64,000 nucleotides of DNA from an uncultured Solirubrobacteraceae bacterium. Lineage in GTDB: Bacteria > Actinomycetota > Thermoleophilia > Solirubrobacterales > Solirubrobacteraceae. The position numbers and the translations under genes were made by a program. The stretch is taken from NCBI GenBank assembly GCA_963774155.1, contig CAVZDW010000008.1:389732-453731 (forward strand). Reading direction: 5' to 3'. The notes beneath the pieces were generated by a model. That model did no database searches. It was not told the origin of the DNA and worked only from the letters and a program-made list of their open reading frames with translations. How positions within the stretch are numbered: position 1 is the stretch's first letter; every line of letters starts with the position of its first letter. This document shows, piece by piece, positions 39,066-48,321 of this stretch.

Positions 39066-40171
39066 GCAGCGTCGCCTTCCACGGTGTGAGCAAGCGCTTC
39101 GGCACCGTCGAGGCGGTGCGTGAGCTCACGCTGGACGTGGCCGACGGCGAGCTGATGGTGCTGGTCGGGCCGTCGGGCTCGGGGAAGACCACGGCGCTGC
39201 GGACGCTGGCCGGGCTCGAGGCGGTCGACGCCGGCTCGCTCGAGATCGGCGGCCAGGACGTGACGCGCGTCGCGCCCCGCGACCGCGACGTGGCCATGGT
39301 CTTCCAGGACTACGCGCTCTATCCGCAGATGACGGTGCGCGACAACATGGCCTTCGGGCTGCGCCGCCGGCGCCTGGCCCGCGAGGAGATCGACCGGCGG
39401 GTGACGGAGACGTGCCGCACGCTGGGGCTCGGCGAGCTGCTGCAGCGGCGCCCGCGCGAGCTCTCCGGCGGCCAGCAGCAGCGCGTGGCGCTGGGCCGCG
39501 CGCTGGTCCGCCAGCCGAGCGTGCTGCTCATGGACGAGCCGCTCTCGAACCTCGACGCCCAGCTCCGCGTCCAGGCGCGCGCCGAGATCCGGCGGCTGCA
39601 GCGCGAGGTCGGCACGACGACGCTCTACGTCACCCACGACCAGGTCGAGGCGCTGACGCTCGGCGACCGGATCGCCGTGATGAACGAGGGCCGGCTCGAG
39701 CAGGTGGGAACGCCGGAGGAGCTCTACGACGAGCCCGCGAACCGCTTCGTCGGCGGCTTCATCGGCAGCCCGCCGATGAGCTTCCTGCCGTGGGACGGGG
39801 TGGTGGTGGGCGTGCGGCCCGAGCACGTCCGGCCGTGGGCGCGAGGGCCTGCTCGGCCCGATCGAGGGGCACGTGGCGTACGTCGAGGCTTTGGGGCGGG
39901 AGACGCTGGTCGGCGTCGATACCGACGACCGGCGCCCGGCTCGTCACCGTGCTCGAAGGCCGGGCTCGGCTGCGGCGAGGGCGAGCCGCTGACGCTTGGC
40001 CTGGTCGAGTCGGGCGTGCGGCGCTTCGAGGCGTACCCCCGCATTGAGGGGTGCCGCTACGCACAAGCGGGGTTCGTCCCAGAACGCGCTAGGCGACCCG
40101 GCGGAACTCCTGGACGATCCGCGCCTCGCCGATCCCGGCGTTCCAGACGCGGTGGGCCACGCCGGCGCTGA
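39062..40171 (+). pseudogene. ABC sugar transporter ATPase (MalK/UgpC-like). The nucleotide-binding domain is intact; the C-terminal regulatory domain is split over three frames.
   Basis: Walker A GPSGSGKTT, LSGGQQQRVALGRAL, Walker B LLMDEPLSNLD, H-loop YVTHD. After VRPEHVRPWA the conserved sequence continues in other frames. The as-sequenced frame runs on to 40171, overlapping the opposite-strand cupin gene. Confidence 0.75.
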
Positions 40172-40370
40172 TGCGGGCCTCGCCCTCGAGCATGAGGGTG
40201 CGCTCGTTGCCCGCGACCTCGATGGTCACGGCGCCGTCGATGACGCGCAGGAGCGTCTCGTGCGCCTCGCGCAAGCGGACGGGGGCGGAATCCGCGTCGG
40301 GAGCCTCGACGGTCTCGAAGCTGAGCATGGCGCCGTGGATGACGGTGACGGACGTGGTCGTATCGAGCAT
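40089..40370 (-). CDS. Small cupin-fold protein (93 aa)
   Basis: HETLLRVIDGAVTIEVAGNERTLMLEGEARISAGVAHRVWN is cupin motif-like. ATG start. Confidence 0.6.
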   Translation of the reverse strand: MLDTTTSVTVIHGAMLSFETVEAPDADSAPVRLREAHETLLRVIDGAVTIEVAGNERTLMLEGEARISAGVAHRVWNAGIGEARIVQEFRRVA

Positions 40371-40458
40371 GGGTAAATGGTCCCTTCCTCGGTCCTTCTG
40401 CGCATCGGGGGAATCCCTAGCTCGAGGGTGCGGCTAGCTCGCGGATACCCTCAGCTAC

Positions 40459-40917
40459 GTGACCTACCAGGCCAACGAGGCGCGAGCCCAGCTGCTCGAC
40501 GCCGTCGCCGAGGCGACCGACGAGCTCGCGGTGGCGCTTGCGGCGCTCGGCGCCGCCTATGAGGTACTGGACGAGAACACCGCCGACCGGCTCGAGGAGC
40601 AGTTGTTCCGGCCGGCGCAGCTCGCCTACGGACGGGCCAAGCGCGTCCACACCGCCTTCGCCGAGCGCCACGGACTGGAGACCCGGACGTTCGAGGAGGC
40701 CTCGGCCGGGCTGCCCTCCCAGGGGGTGCGCGGCTACCTCGACCGCGCGGTCGACGCCATCATCGAGGCCGACGACACGCTCGCCGACCTCCAGGACTCG
40801 ATGCGGCCCGTCGAGGTCGGGGACCCCGAGCTGCGGGCCGGCCTCGCCCAGATCCGCGAGATCGTCGGCGAGCTCCAGGGCCGCGCCGACCGCCTGATCA
40901 GCACGCTCGGCCGGTGA
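40459..40917 (+). CDS. Hypothetical all-helical protein (152 aa)
   Basis: GTG start, high GC3, no family recognised. Confidence 0.5.
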   Translation: MTYQANEARAQLLDAVAEATDELAVALAALGAAYEVLDENTADRLEEQLFRPAQLAYGRAKRVHTAFAERHGLETRTFEEASAGLPSQGVRGYLDRAVDAIIEADDTLADLQDSMRPVEVGDPELRAGLAQIREIVGELQGRADRLISTLGR

Positions 40918-41111
40918 AGGAGCAGTTCGGCTACCAGGTCACGAAGGACGGCCGGGTCCGCGTCGACTTCCACGGCCGCCACATCGTGACCGTCGCCGGC
41001 CGGGACGCGGACCGGCTGGCCGCCGCGCTCGAAGGCGCCGACGCCGACCGGACCCAGCTGCTGCTGGCCAAGGCGACGGGCAACTTCAAGCACGGCAACG
41101 AGCGCCGCTAG
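40914..41111 (+). CDS. Small hypothetical protein (65 aa)
   Basis: GTGA overlap with the upstream ORF. C-terminal [14 protein letters not shown]. No family assigned. Confidence 0.45.
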   Translation: MKEQFGYQVTKDGRVRVDFHGRHIVTVAGRDADRLAAALEGADADRTQLLLAKATGNFKHGNERR

Positions 41112-42085
41112 ACGCCGATCGTGCGCATCCCGTCCGGGTCGTAGCGGTCGCCCGCGGGCGCGCCGGCCGCGTCAGCGATCCGGCGCAGGTCGTCGGCGGT
41201 CAGCTCGACGTCGAGCGCCCCGGCGTTCTGCTCGAGGTACGTGCGGCGCTTGGTGCCGGGGATCGGGACGATGTCGTCGCCCTGGGCGAGCACCCACGCG
41301 AGCGCCAGCTGGGCGGGCGTGACGTCCTTCTCCGCGGCCAGCTCCGCGACCTTCGAGGCCAGCGCGAAGTTGCGATCGGCGTTCTCGCGGCTGAAGCGCG
41401 GCTGCGTGCGCCGCCAGTCGTTCGCGTCCAGATCGTCGGTGGAGGAAAAGCGGCCCGAGAGGAAGCCGCGGCCGAGCGGCGAGTACGCGACGAGGCCGAT
41501 CCCCAGCTCGCGCAGTGTCGGCAGGAGCGCCTCGACGTCGCGGCTGAACAGCGAGTGCTCCATCTGGACCGCGGCGAGCGGATGCACGGCGTGCGCGGCG
41601 CGGATCGTCTCCTCCGAGGCCTCGGAGAGCCCGATGTGGCGCACCTTGCCCTCGTCGACGAGCTCCGCGAGCGCGCCGACGGTGTCCTCGATCGGCGTGT
41701 CGGGGTCGATGCGGTGCTGGTAGTAGAGATCCACGTGGTCGGTGCCGAGGCGCTTCAGCGAGCCCTCGATCGATCGGCGCACGTTCGCCGGCGAGCCGTC
41801 CCGCACACGGTTGTTCTCGCCCTCGGGCCGGACGACGCCGAACTTGGTCGCGATCACGACCTCGTCGCGGCGGCCGGCCAGCGCGCGGCCGAGCAGCTCC
41901 TCGTTGTCGTACGGCCCGTACAGCTCGGCCGTGTCGAGGAAGGTGATCCCGAGCTCGATGGCCCGGTGGATGGTGGCGACCGACTCGTCCGCGTCGGTCG
42001 ACCCGTAGAAGGCCGACATGCCCATGCAGCCGAGTCCAAGAGCGGAAACCGTGGGCCCGCTCGTTCCGAGTTGCCGTTGTTCCAT
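41108..42085 (-). CDS. Aldo/keto reductase
   Basis: [58 protein letters not shown]. Confidence 0.9.
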   Translation of the reverse strand: MEQRQLGTSGPTVSALGLGCMGMSAFYGSTDADESVATIHRAIELGITFLDTAELYGPYDNEELLGRALAGRRDEVVIATKFGVVRPEGENNRVRDGSPANVRRSIEGSLKRLGTDHVDLYYQHRIDPDTPIEDTVGALAELVDEGKVRHIGLSEASEETIRAAHAVHPLAAVQMEHSLFSRDVEALLPTLRELGIGLVAYSPLGRGFLSGRFSSTDDLDANDWRRTQPRFSRENADRNFALASKVAELAAEKDVTPAQLALAWVLAQGDDIVPIPGTKRRTYLEQNAGALDVELTADDLRRIADAAGAPAGDRYDPDGMRTIGV

Positions 42086-42101
42086 GCCTGCACGGTACGC
42101 A

Positions 42102-42488
42102 TCAGCGCGCGGCGACCGAGGCGATCGCCTCCACGGCGCGGTCGTAGTGCCCCGGCTCGATCCGGATGTGCGACTGCTGGCTCATCGAGCGGGCGGCGAC
42201 CCCGATGGCCTCCACCGGCGGCGCCGCGTCGAGCACCGGGACGACCAGGAGCGTCTCGATCGGCACCGTCCACGGCCAGCGGGGATGGTCGCGCTCCTCC
42301 GGCTCCCCGAGCACCTCGGCGATCGCGAACACCCGCCGCCAGACCGACGCGTACATGACCAGGCGGTCGCCCTCGACGATGCGCGGGCGGCGCGGGAAGC
42401 CCGTCCGGTGCAGCAGCTCAGGCCGCTCGTCGAGCCAGCGCTCGCCGAGCGGCCCACGGGCGTGGCCGACCGCCTTGAGCCAGAACGC
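42102..42488 (-). CDS. PUA/EVE-like small domain protein; no canonical start for the full-length domain
   Basis: [18 protein letters not shown]...[44 protein letters not shown] resembles EVE/ASCH-type folds (weak, from memory). The only in-frame ATG/GTG/TTG is ATG 42356, which gives 84 aa. The frame abuts the glgP stop codon. Confidence 0.4.
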   Translation of the reverse strand, partial: AFWLKAVGHARGPLGERWLDERPELLHRTGFPRRPRIVEGDRLVMYASVWRRVFAIAEVLGEPEERDHPRWPWTVPIETLLVVPVLDAAPPVEAIGVAARSMSQQSHIRIEPGHYDRAVEAIASVAAR

Positions 42489-44680
42489 TACGCCTGGGCT
42501 CCCACGTGCGCGGGGTAGATCCGCTCGGCGTAGTCGCGCACCATCCGCCCGGCCCCGAAGTTCGGCCCGATCGTGCGCAGCGACGCGCGCACCATGTCGA
42601 GCCAGTCCTGCGGGATGCCGCGGTCGTCGCGGCCGTAGAACGTCGGGACCGCGTCCTCGCTGAGCAGGCGGTAGAGCTCGTCCGCGTGGCGCCAGTCCTG
42701 CGCGCCGTGGTCGGGGTCGACCTCGCCGGAGATCGCCCAGCCGTTCGAGCCGTCGTAGGCCTCCGGCCACCAGCCGTCGAGCACGGACAGCTGCAGGCCG
42801 CCGTTCATCGCCGACTTGATGCCGCTCGTGCCGCTCGCCTCCAGCGGCGGCCGTGGGACGTTGACCCAGATGTCGGCGCCGCGGACCATCGCGGCGCCCA
42901 GCGCCAGGTCGTAGTCGTCGAGGTAGACGACCCGCCGGCCGACCGGGAAGTGGCCCTTCATCTCGAACAGGCGCTGGACCAGCCGCTTGCCGTCGTCGTC
43001 CTTCGGGTGCGCCTTGCCGGCCAGGATGAGCTGGATGGGCCGCTCCTCGTCGGAGAGCAGCGCCAGCGCGCGATCGACGTCGCGCAGGAGCAGGTCGAGC
43101 CGCTTGTACGTCGCCACCCGGCGGGCGAACCCGACGGTCAGCACGTCCGGATCGAGGGCGTTGACGGCGGCGCGCACGTACTCGGCGGTGTCGCCGCGGC
43201 CGAGCCGGTCGGTGACGCTGCGCTCGCGCACGACGTCGATCAGCTCGGCGCGCTGGGCGCTGCGGGCGGCCCACAGCTCCTGCGCCGGGATCTCGTCGAC
43301 GGGCTCCCAGGTGGAGGGCTCCACGGCGCGGTCGGTCCAGCCCTCGCCGAGGTAGCGGTCGAGCAGCTCGCGCATCGGGCCGCCGATCCACGTCGGGATG
43401 TGCGCCCCGTTGGTGACGCTGGTGATCGGCACGTCCTCGACGGGCGAGTCGGGCCAGAGCTCCTGCCACATCTCGCGCGCCACCTCGCCGTGGCGGGCGG
43501 AGACGCCGTTGGCGACCCGGCTCGAGCGCAGCGCGAACTGCGTGACGCCGAACGGCTCGGCGCTGTCCGGGTGGGTCTGGCCGCGCCGCACGAGGTCGGC
43601 GGGGTCGACGTCCATCTCCGACGCGATGCCCGACAGCGTCTCGGCCATCTGGGCGGCCGGGTAGGTGTCGTTGCCGGCCGGGACCGGGGTGTGGGTGGTG
43701 AACACGGTGCGCTGGCGGACCGCCTCGAACGCGTCTTCGATCGATCCACCGGAGCGCTCGCGCTCGGCGCGCGCCAGCTCCAGGCAGGCCATCGCGGCGT
43801 GCCCCTCGTTGAGGTGCACGACGCCCGGATCGATGCCGAGCGCGTGCAGGGCACGCACCCCGCCGATGCCGAGCAGCGCGTACTGCCCGAGCCGCACGCC
43901 CGGGTCGCCGACGTACAGGCGCGACGTGATCCAGCGGTCCGTGAGGTCGTTCTCCGGCCGGTCGGCGTCGAGCAGCAGGAGCGGCACGCGGCCGACGTTG
44001 ACGCGCCAGACCTGCGCCACGATCGTGCGCTCGCCGATCGGCACGCTGACGGTCAGCGGCTCGCCGTCGTCGCCGCACACCAGCGCGGCGGGCACGCGGT
44101 CGGGGTCGGTCTCGACCCAGTACTCGTGCTGCCAGCCGGACGCGTCGATCCGCTGGCGGAAGTAGCCGTGGCGGTACATGAGGCCGACCGCGACGAGCGG
44201 CAGCCCCATGTCGGACGCCTCTTTGAGGATGTCGCCGGCCAGCACGCCGAGGCCGCCGGAGTAGACCGGCAGCGACTTGTGGATGGCGTACTCGGCGCAG
44301 AAGAACGCCGCCGGGCGGTCCTCCGTGACGGGCTCGCTGCGGAGCGGCTCCGAGACCCTGGCGCTGACGGCGCCGTGGAGATCGGCGAGCCGGGCGAGGA
44401 AGTCGGTGTCCGACGCGAGCTCTTCGAGCCGCGCCGGGGCCGTCTCCTCGATCAGCCGGACGGGGTTGCCGAGGCACAGCTCCCAGCGCCGGGGATCCAC
44501 GGAGGCGAGCAGCTCGGGGCCGCCGGGCGTCCAGGACCAGCGGTAGTTGTAGGCGAGCTCGGCAAGCGGAGCGAGCGGCTCGGGAAGCCGCGAACGGAGT
44601 GCTTCCGTCGCAGCGGTGAGATCGGAGGAACCTGCTTTCACCCCTCTTGTGTAGCGAACGCGACGCCGAAGTGACGCCAA
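42488..44680 (-). CDS. glgP: Alpha-glucan (glycogen/maltodextrin) phosphorylase, GT35
   Basis: LAYNYRWSW, FFCAEYAIHKSLPVYSGGLGVLAGD, VFTTHTPVPAGND, ASGTSGIKSAMNGG (PLP-lysine region). Start is TTG 44680 or GTG 44641. Confidence 0.9.
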   Translation of the reverse strand: MASLRRRVRYTRGVKAGSSDLTAATEALRSRLPEPLAPLAELAYNYRWSWTPGGPELLASVDPRRWELCLGNPVRLIEETAPARLEELASDTDFLARLADLHGAVSARVSEPLRSEPVTEDRPAAFFCAEYAIHKSLPVYSGGLGVLAGDILKEASDMGLPLVAVGLMYRHGYFRQRIDASGWQHEYWVETDPDRVPAALVCGDDGEPLTVSVPIGERTIVAQVWRVNVGRVPLLLLDADRPENDLTDRWITSRLYVGDPGVRLGQYALLGIGGVRALHALGIDPGVVHLNEGHAAMACLELARAERERSGGSIEDAFEAVRQRTVFTTHTPVPAGNDTYPAAQMAETLSGIASEMDVDPADLVRRGQTHPDSAEPFGVTQFALRSSRVANGVSARHGEVAREMWQELWPDSPVEDVPITSVTNGAHIPTWIGGPMRELLDRYLGEGWTDRAVEPSTWEPVDEIPAQELWAARSAQRAELIDVVRERSVTDRLGRGDTAEYVRAAVNALDPDVLTVGFARRVATYKRLDLLLRDVDRALALLSDEERPIQLILAGKAHPKDDDGKRLVQRLFEMKGHFPVGRRVVYLDDYDLALGAAMVRGADIWVNVPRPPLEASGTSGIKSAMNGGLQLSVLDGWWPEAYDGSNGWAISGEVDPDHGAQDWRHADELYRLLSEDAVPTFYGRDDRGIPQDWLDMVRASLRTIGPNFGAGRMVRDYAERIYPAHVGAQA

Positions 44681-44701
44681 CTCGACCGCTTGACCCCCCG
44701 A

Positions 44702-47700
44702 TCAGGGAGTTACGGCGGTGCTCGCACGCTCCAGCAGTCGGGGCATCCCGACGGCCTGCGCCTCCGCCAGGCCGGCGTCCAGCAGCTCGGCCGAGCGGTC
44801 CCGGTCGGCCGGCTTCTGGGCGAGGACCCGGGCGAGCTCGACCTGCGTGTGGGCGACCCACGGCCGGGCGCGCATCCGCTCGTTCATGGCCAGCGCGGTC
44901 TCGAAGTGGGCGATCGCCTCGTCGCGCCGCCCGAGCAGGTCGGCGAGCAGGCCGAGATGGCGGGACGCGGAGCCCATGCACGTCGAGGCCCAGCCGACGG
45001 CGACGTTGCGATCCGCGTACGGACCCAGCAGTTCGTGGAGGGCGGCGGCGTGCGTCGCGTCCCCGAGGGTGGCCGCCGTCTCGGCCAGGTAGGCCATGGC
45101 GCCGAGCCAGATGCCGTCGAGCGGCAGCTCACGGAAGTCGTCGGCCGCGAAGCCGTCGAGGATCTCCTTCGCCTCTTCGGCGCGGCCGCTCTCGGCCAGC
45201 AGGTGGGCGAGGACGCAGCGCCAGCCCGGGATCGTGCCGAAGCGCTGGGCGTAGGCCCGAACCGGCCCCTCGAGCCGCTCGATCCCGCCGCGCTCGCGCC
45301 GCAGCGTGCAGGACTGCAGCAGCGTCGCGTTGCCGGTGTTCGGATCTTGGACGCGGTTGCCGAGGGTGACCGCCTCCCAGCCGTGGCGCTCGGCCTCGGC
45401 GAAGTCGCCCGCCAGCAGCAGCCGCATCGCGCGGAAGAGGTGGACGTACAGTTGCTCGGAGAGCCGCCGCCGCCGCTCGGCGATGGCCGAGTATCGCTCG
45501 ATCTCCTCGTCCACGGCGTCCATCTCGCCGAGCTCCAGCAGGTCCATCATCCGCCAGCGGTGACCCTGTAGGGCGGGCCGCTCGTCTCCGGACCGCGCGG
45601 CGAGCTCGAGCAGGTCGTTGGCGGCAGCCAGACGCTCCTCGACGTTCGCCGGCCCCCACAGCGACCAGTGGCGAGCGTTCAGCGCGAAGCCGAGGCCCCG
45701 TGTGTCGCCGACCCGCTTGGCGATCTGAACCGCCTCGCCGCTCAGCTCGGCTCGCCGGTCGCGCGCCTCGGAGAAGCTGAGCTCGACGGCCAGCCGGGCG
45801 AGCAGGCGGGAGCGCAGCGCGGGGTCGGCCTCGCCGACCGCCTCGAGCGCCTCCTCGAGCAGCCGGACGAGCGGCTCGTCGACGATGCCGCCGGTCATCA
45901 ACCCGCCCTGCCCGTAGCCGAGCGCGGCCTGGGCGAGCAGGCGGGCCGAGCCGAGCGCGCGGGCGATGTCAGCCGCCTCGCCGAACGTCGTGTGCGCCTC
46001 CAGCGTGTCGCCCGCCTTGGTCTGCGCGTGGCCGGCGGCGAGCAGCAGGCGGCAGCGGCGATCCGGGTCGGCCGGCGCCTGGTCGAGCGCCTGGAGCGCA
46101 ACGCCGTAGAGCCGGGCGGCCTCCTCGTAGGCGAGCACGCCGAGGGCGCGTTGCGCGGCGCGCTCCGCGTACTCGACCGCCTTCGGCGCGCCGCGGGTGG
46201 GCGGTGCGAGGGCGAAGTGGTGGGCGAGCTGGGCCAGCGGCGGCTCCGGCACGTTCCCCTCGAGCGTCTCCAGCGCCTCGGCCACGCGCAGGTGCAGGCG
46301 GGCGCGTCGCGTCGCCGTCAGCCCGTCGTAGAGCGTCTGGCGGATCAGCGCGTGGGTGAAGCTGCAGCGGCCGTAGACGCCCGGCACCTCGGCGATCACG
46401 TGCGCGCCGACGGCCTCCTCGACCACCTCGTCGAGCTCGTCCTCGGACAGCGGGCCGACCGTCTCGAGCACGTCCACGCGGAACTCGCGGCCCATCACGG
46501 CGGCGGTCGTGAGCACCTGGCTGGTGCGCTCGGAGAGCGTGGCCAGGCGGCGGCCGATGACCTCGCGGATCCCCTCCGGGAGCTCCAGCGGCCACGGCTG
46601 GCCGTTGCCCTCCGGGCTCGGCGCGGTGGTGCCGAGGTGGCGGACCATCTCCTCGATGAAGAACGGGTTGCCCTTGGTCTCCTCCCACAACGCGCGGTTG
46701 ACGTGCTCGGGCATGCCCTGGGGGCCGAACTCGCCGATCAGCGCCGTCGCGTCCTCCTCGCCGAGGCCGCTCAGCTCGATCCGGTCGAAGTAGTGCTCGC
46801 GGCGGAGCTGCACGAGCATGTCGACGAGCACCTCGGGGCGCTCGGTGTCGCGGATCGTGGCGACGATCAGCAGCGGCGACCCGCCGGCGGCGCGGACCAT
46901 CTGGCGCAGCATGAGCAGGGTCGGCTTGTCGGCCCAGTGAAGGTCGTCGAGCACGAGCACGACGGGCTGGTGGCGGGCGATGTCGTTGAGCACCTCCGAC
47001 ACCGCGTCGAAGAGGCGGTAGCGCTCCTCCTCCTCGGGGCCGCTCTGGGTGTCGCCGGGCGCGGCGAGCTCCGGCACCACGCGGCCGAGCTCGGCGCCGT
47101 ACTGGGCGCGCCACGGGGCGAGCTGCTCGGGCGCACGCGCGACGTAGCGCCGCAGCGCCTCCACGAAGGGCTGGTAGGGGACGAGCGTCTCGGCGTCGCA
47201 GCGGCCGTAGAGGGCGAGCGCGCCGTCGGCCTCGCAGGCCTCCATGAACTCGATCGCGAGGCGCGTCTTGCCGATGCCCGGCTCTCCCTCGAGCAGCACG
47301 AGCTGGCGGCGGCCCTCGTTGGCGCGCTCGAGGAACTGCCGCAGCCGCTCGAGCTCGGTGCCGCGCCCCACGAACGCGCCGCCGCTGCGGGTGGCGAAGA
47401 AGGCGGGGGCCGCGTCCGGTGAGAGCGGCGGCGGGGCCGACGGCGGCGGCGCGACGGGCGCGGGGGCCGGCTCGGGCCCGGCCGCCTCGGCCTTCAGGAG
47501 GCGCTCGAACATCGCCTGCACCTGCGGGCCCGGGGCCACGCCGAGCTCGTCGCGCAGCAGCGTGCGCAGCCGCTCGTGCACGCGCAGGGCCTCCACGAGG
47601 TTGCCCTGCGCCTCGCGGACCCGCATGAGCAGCAGGTAGCCGCTCTCGCGGAAGGCGGCCATGTCGACCAGCTCCTGCGCGGCCCGCTCGGCGTGGGCGA

Positions 47701-48220
47701 GCTCGGCGCCGCCGAGGGCGAGCCCCGCGTCGCCCCGCAGCTCGCGGGCCTGCAGCCCGAGCTCCTCCAGCCGGCGCCGCGGGTCCTCGAGCCAGGCGGC
47801 CTCGTAGCCGGGGAGGAGCCCGGCGTCGGCCAGCGCGGTGACGCGGGCGGCCGCCTCGACCACCGCGGGCCAGTCCCCGCGGTCGCGAGCGGCGAAGGCC
47901 TCGTCGAGCGCGGGCTGGGCGGCGTCGAGATCGACGACGGCCTCGGAGGTGAGCTGGACGGCGCGCTCGCCGGCGTTCTCGAGCACGCCGGTGCCGAGCG
48001 CCCGCCGGAGCTTCGAGAGCACGACGTTGAGCGCCTGAGCGTGACCGGCCGGGGCGTCCTCGCCCCACAAGGCGGCGATCAGCCGCTCACGCGTGACCGC
48101 GCGCGGGCGATTGAGCGCCAGGTGCGCGAGCGCGAGCCGGCCTTGTCGGCCCGGCAGGTCGGACTCCCGGCGGCGTCCATCCACGCTGACCGCCAGGTGG
48201 CCGCAGAGTTCGATGATCAC
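44702..48220 (-). CDS. SARP/AfsR-like regulator: winged-helix + BTAD + AAA/NB-ARC-type ATPase + TPR repeats
   Basis: VIIELCGHLAVSVDGRRR...LIAALWGED (OmpR-type wHTH). A BTAD helix bundle follows (YLLLMRVREAQGNLVEALRVHERLRTLLRDELGVAPGP). Walker A is LLEGEPGIGKTRLA and Walker B is VLVLDDLHWAD, followed by long TPR-like repeats. Start choices are GTG 48220, CTG 48235 (AAGGAGG 9 nt upstream) and TTG 48331. Confidence 0.85.
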   Translation of the reverse strand: MIIELCGHLAVSVDGRRRESDLPGRQGRLALAHLALNRPRAVTRERLIAALWGEDAPAGHAQALNVVLSKLRRALGTGVLENAGERAVQLTSEAVVDLDAAQPALDEAFAARDRGDWPAVVEAAARVTALADAGLLPGYEAAWLEDPRRRLEELGLQARELRGDAGLALGGAELAHAERAAQELVDMAAFRESGYLLLMRVREAQGNLVEALRVHERLRTLLRDELGVAPGPQVQAMFERLLKAEAAGPEPAPAPVAPPPSAPPPLSPDAAPAFFATRSGGAFVGRGTELERLRQFLERANEGRRQLVLLEGEPGIGKTRLAIEFMEACEADGALALYGRCDAETLVPYQPFVEALRRYVARAPEQLAPWRAQYGAELGRVVPELAAPGDTQSGPEEEERYRLFDAVSEVLNDIARHQPVVLVLDDLHWADKPTLLMLRQMVRAAGGSPLLIVATIRDTERPEVLVDMLVQLRREHYFDRIELSGLGEEDATALIGEFGPQGMPEHVNRALWEETKGNPFFIEEMVRHLGTTAPSPEGNGQPWPLELPEGIREVIGRRLATLSERTSQVLTTAAVMGREFRVDVLETVGPLSEDELDEVVEEAVGAHVIAEVPGVYGRCSFTHALIRQTLYDGLTATRRARLHLRVAEALETLEGNVPEPPLAQLAHHFALAPPTRGAPKAVEYAERAAQRALGVLAYEEAARLYGVALQALDQAPADPDRRCRLLLAAGHAQTKAGDTLEAHTTFGEAADIARALGSARLLAQAALGYGQGGLMTGGIVDEPLVRLLEEALEAVGEADPALRSRLLARLAVELSFSEARDRRAELSGEAVQIAKRVGDTRGLGFALNARHWSLWGPANVEERLAAANDLLELAARSGDERPALQGHRWRMMDLLELGEMDAVDEEIERYSAIAERRRRLSEQLYVHLFRAMRLLLAGDFAEAERHGWEAVTLGNRVQDPNTGNATLLQSCTLRRERGGIERLEGPVRAYAQRFGTIPGWRCVLAHLLAESGRAEEAKEILDGFAADDFRELPLDGIWLGAMAYLAETAATLGDATHAAALHELLGPYADRNVAVGWASTCMGSASRHLGLLADLLGRRDEAIAHFETALAMNERMRARPWVAHTQVELARVLAQKPADRDRSAELLDAGLAEAQAVGMPRLLERASTAVTP

Positions 48221-48321
48221 TTGCGGGGGTGCCAGCTTTTCCCGCCTCCTTGGGGAAGGCCGAGAGTACCGGTGGCCCCGGATGTAAGGCAAACCTTCAC
48301 TTCTGAGCGAGTCCGGGTTAG

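Noticed and set aside
40459-41111. Two small overlapping ORFs (152 aa + 65 aa) as a toxin-antitoxin pair.
   Set aside because: Neither product shows a recognisable toxin fold or an antitoxin DNA-binding motif. The sizes and order are atypical. The only support is the 4-nt overlap, which is ubiquitous in this window.
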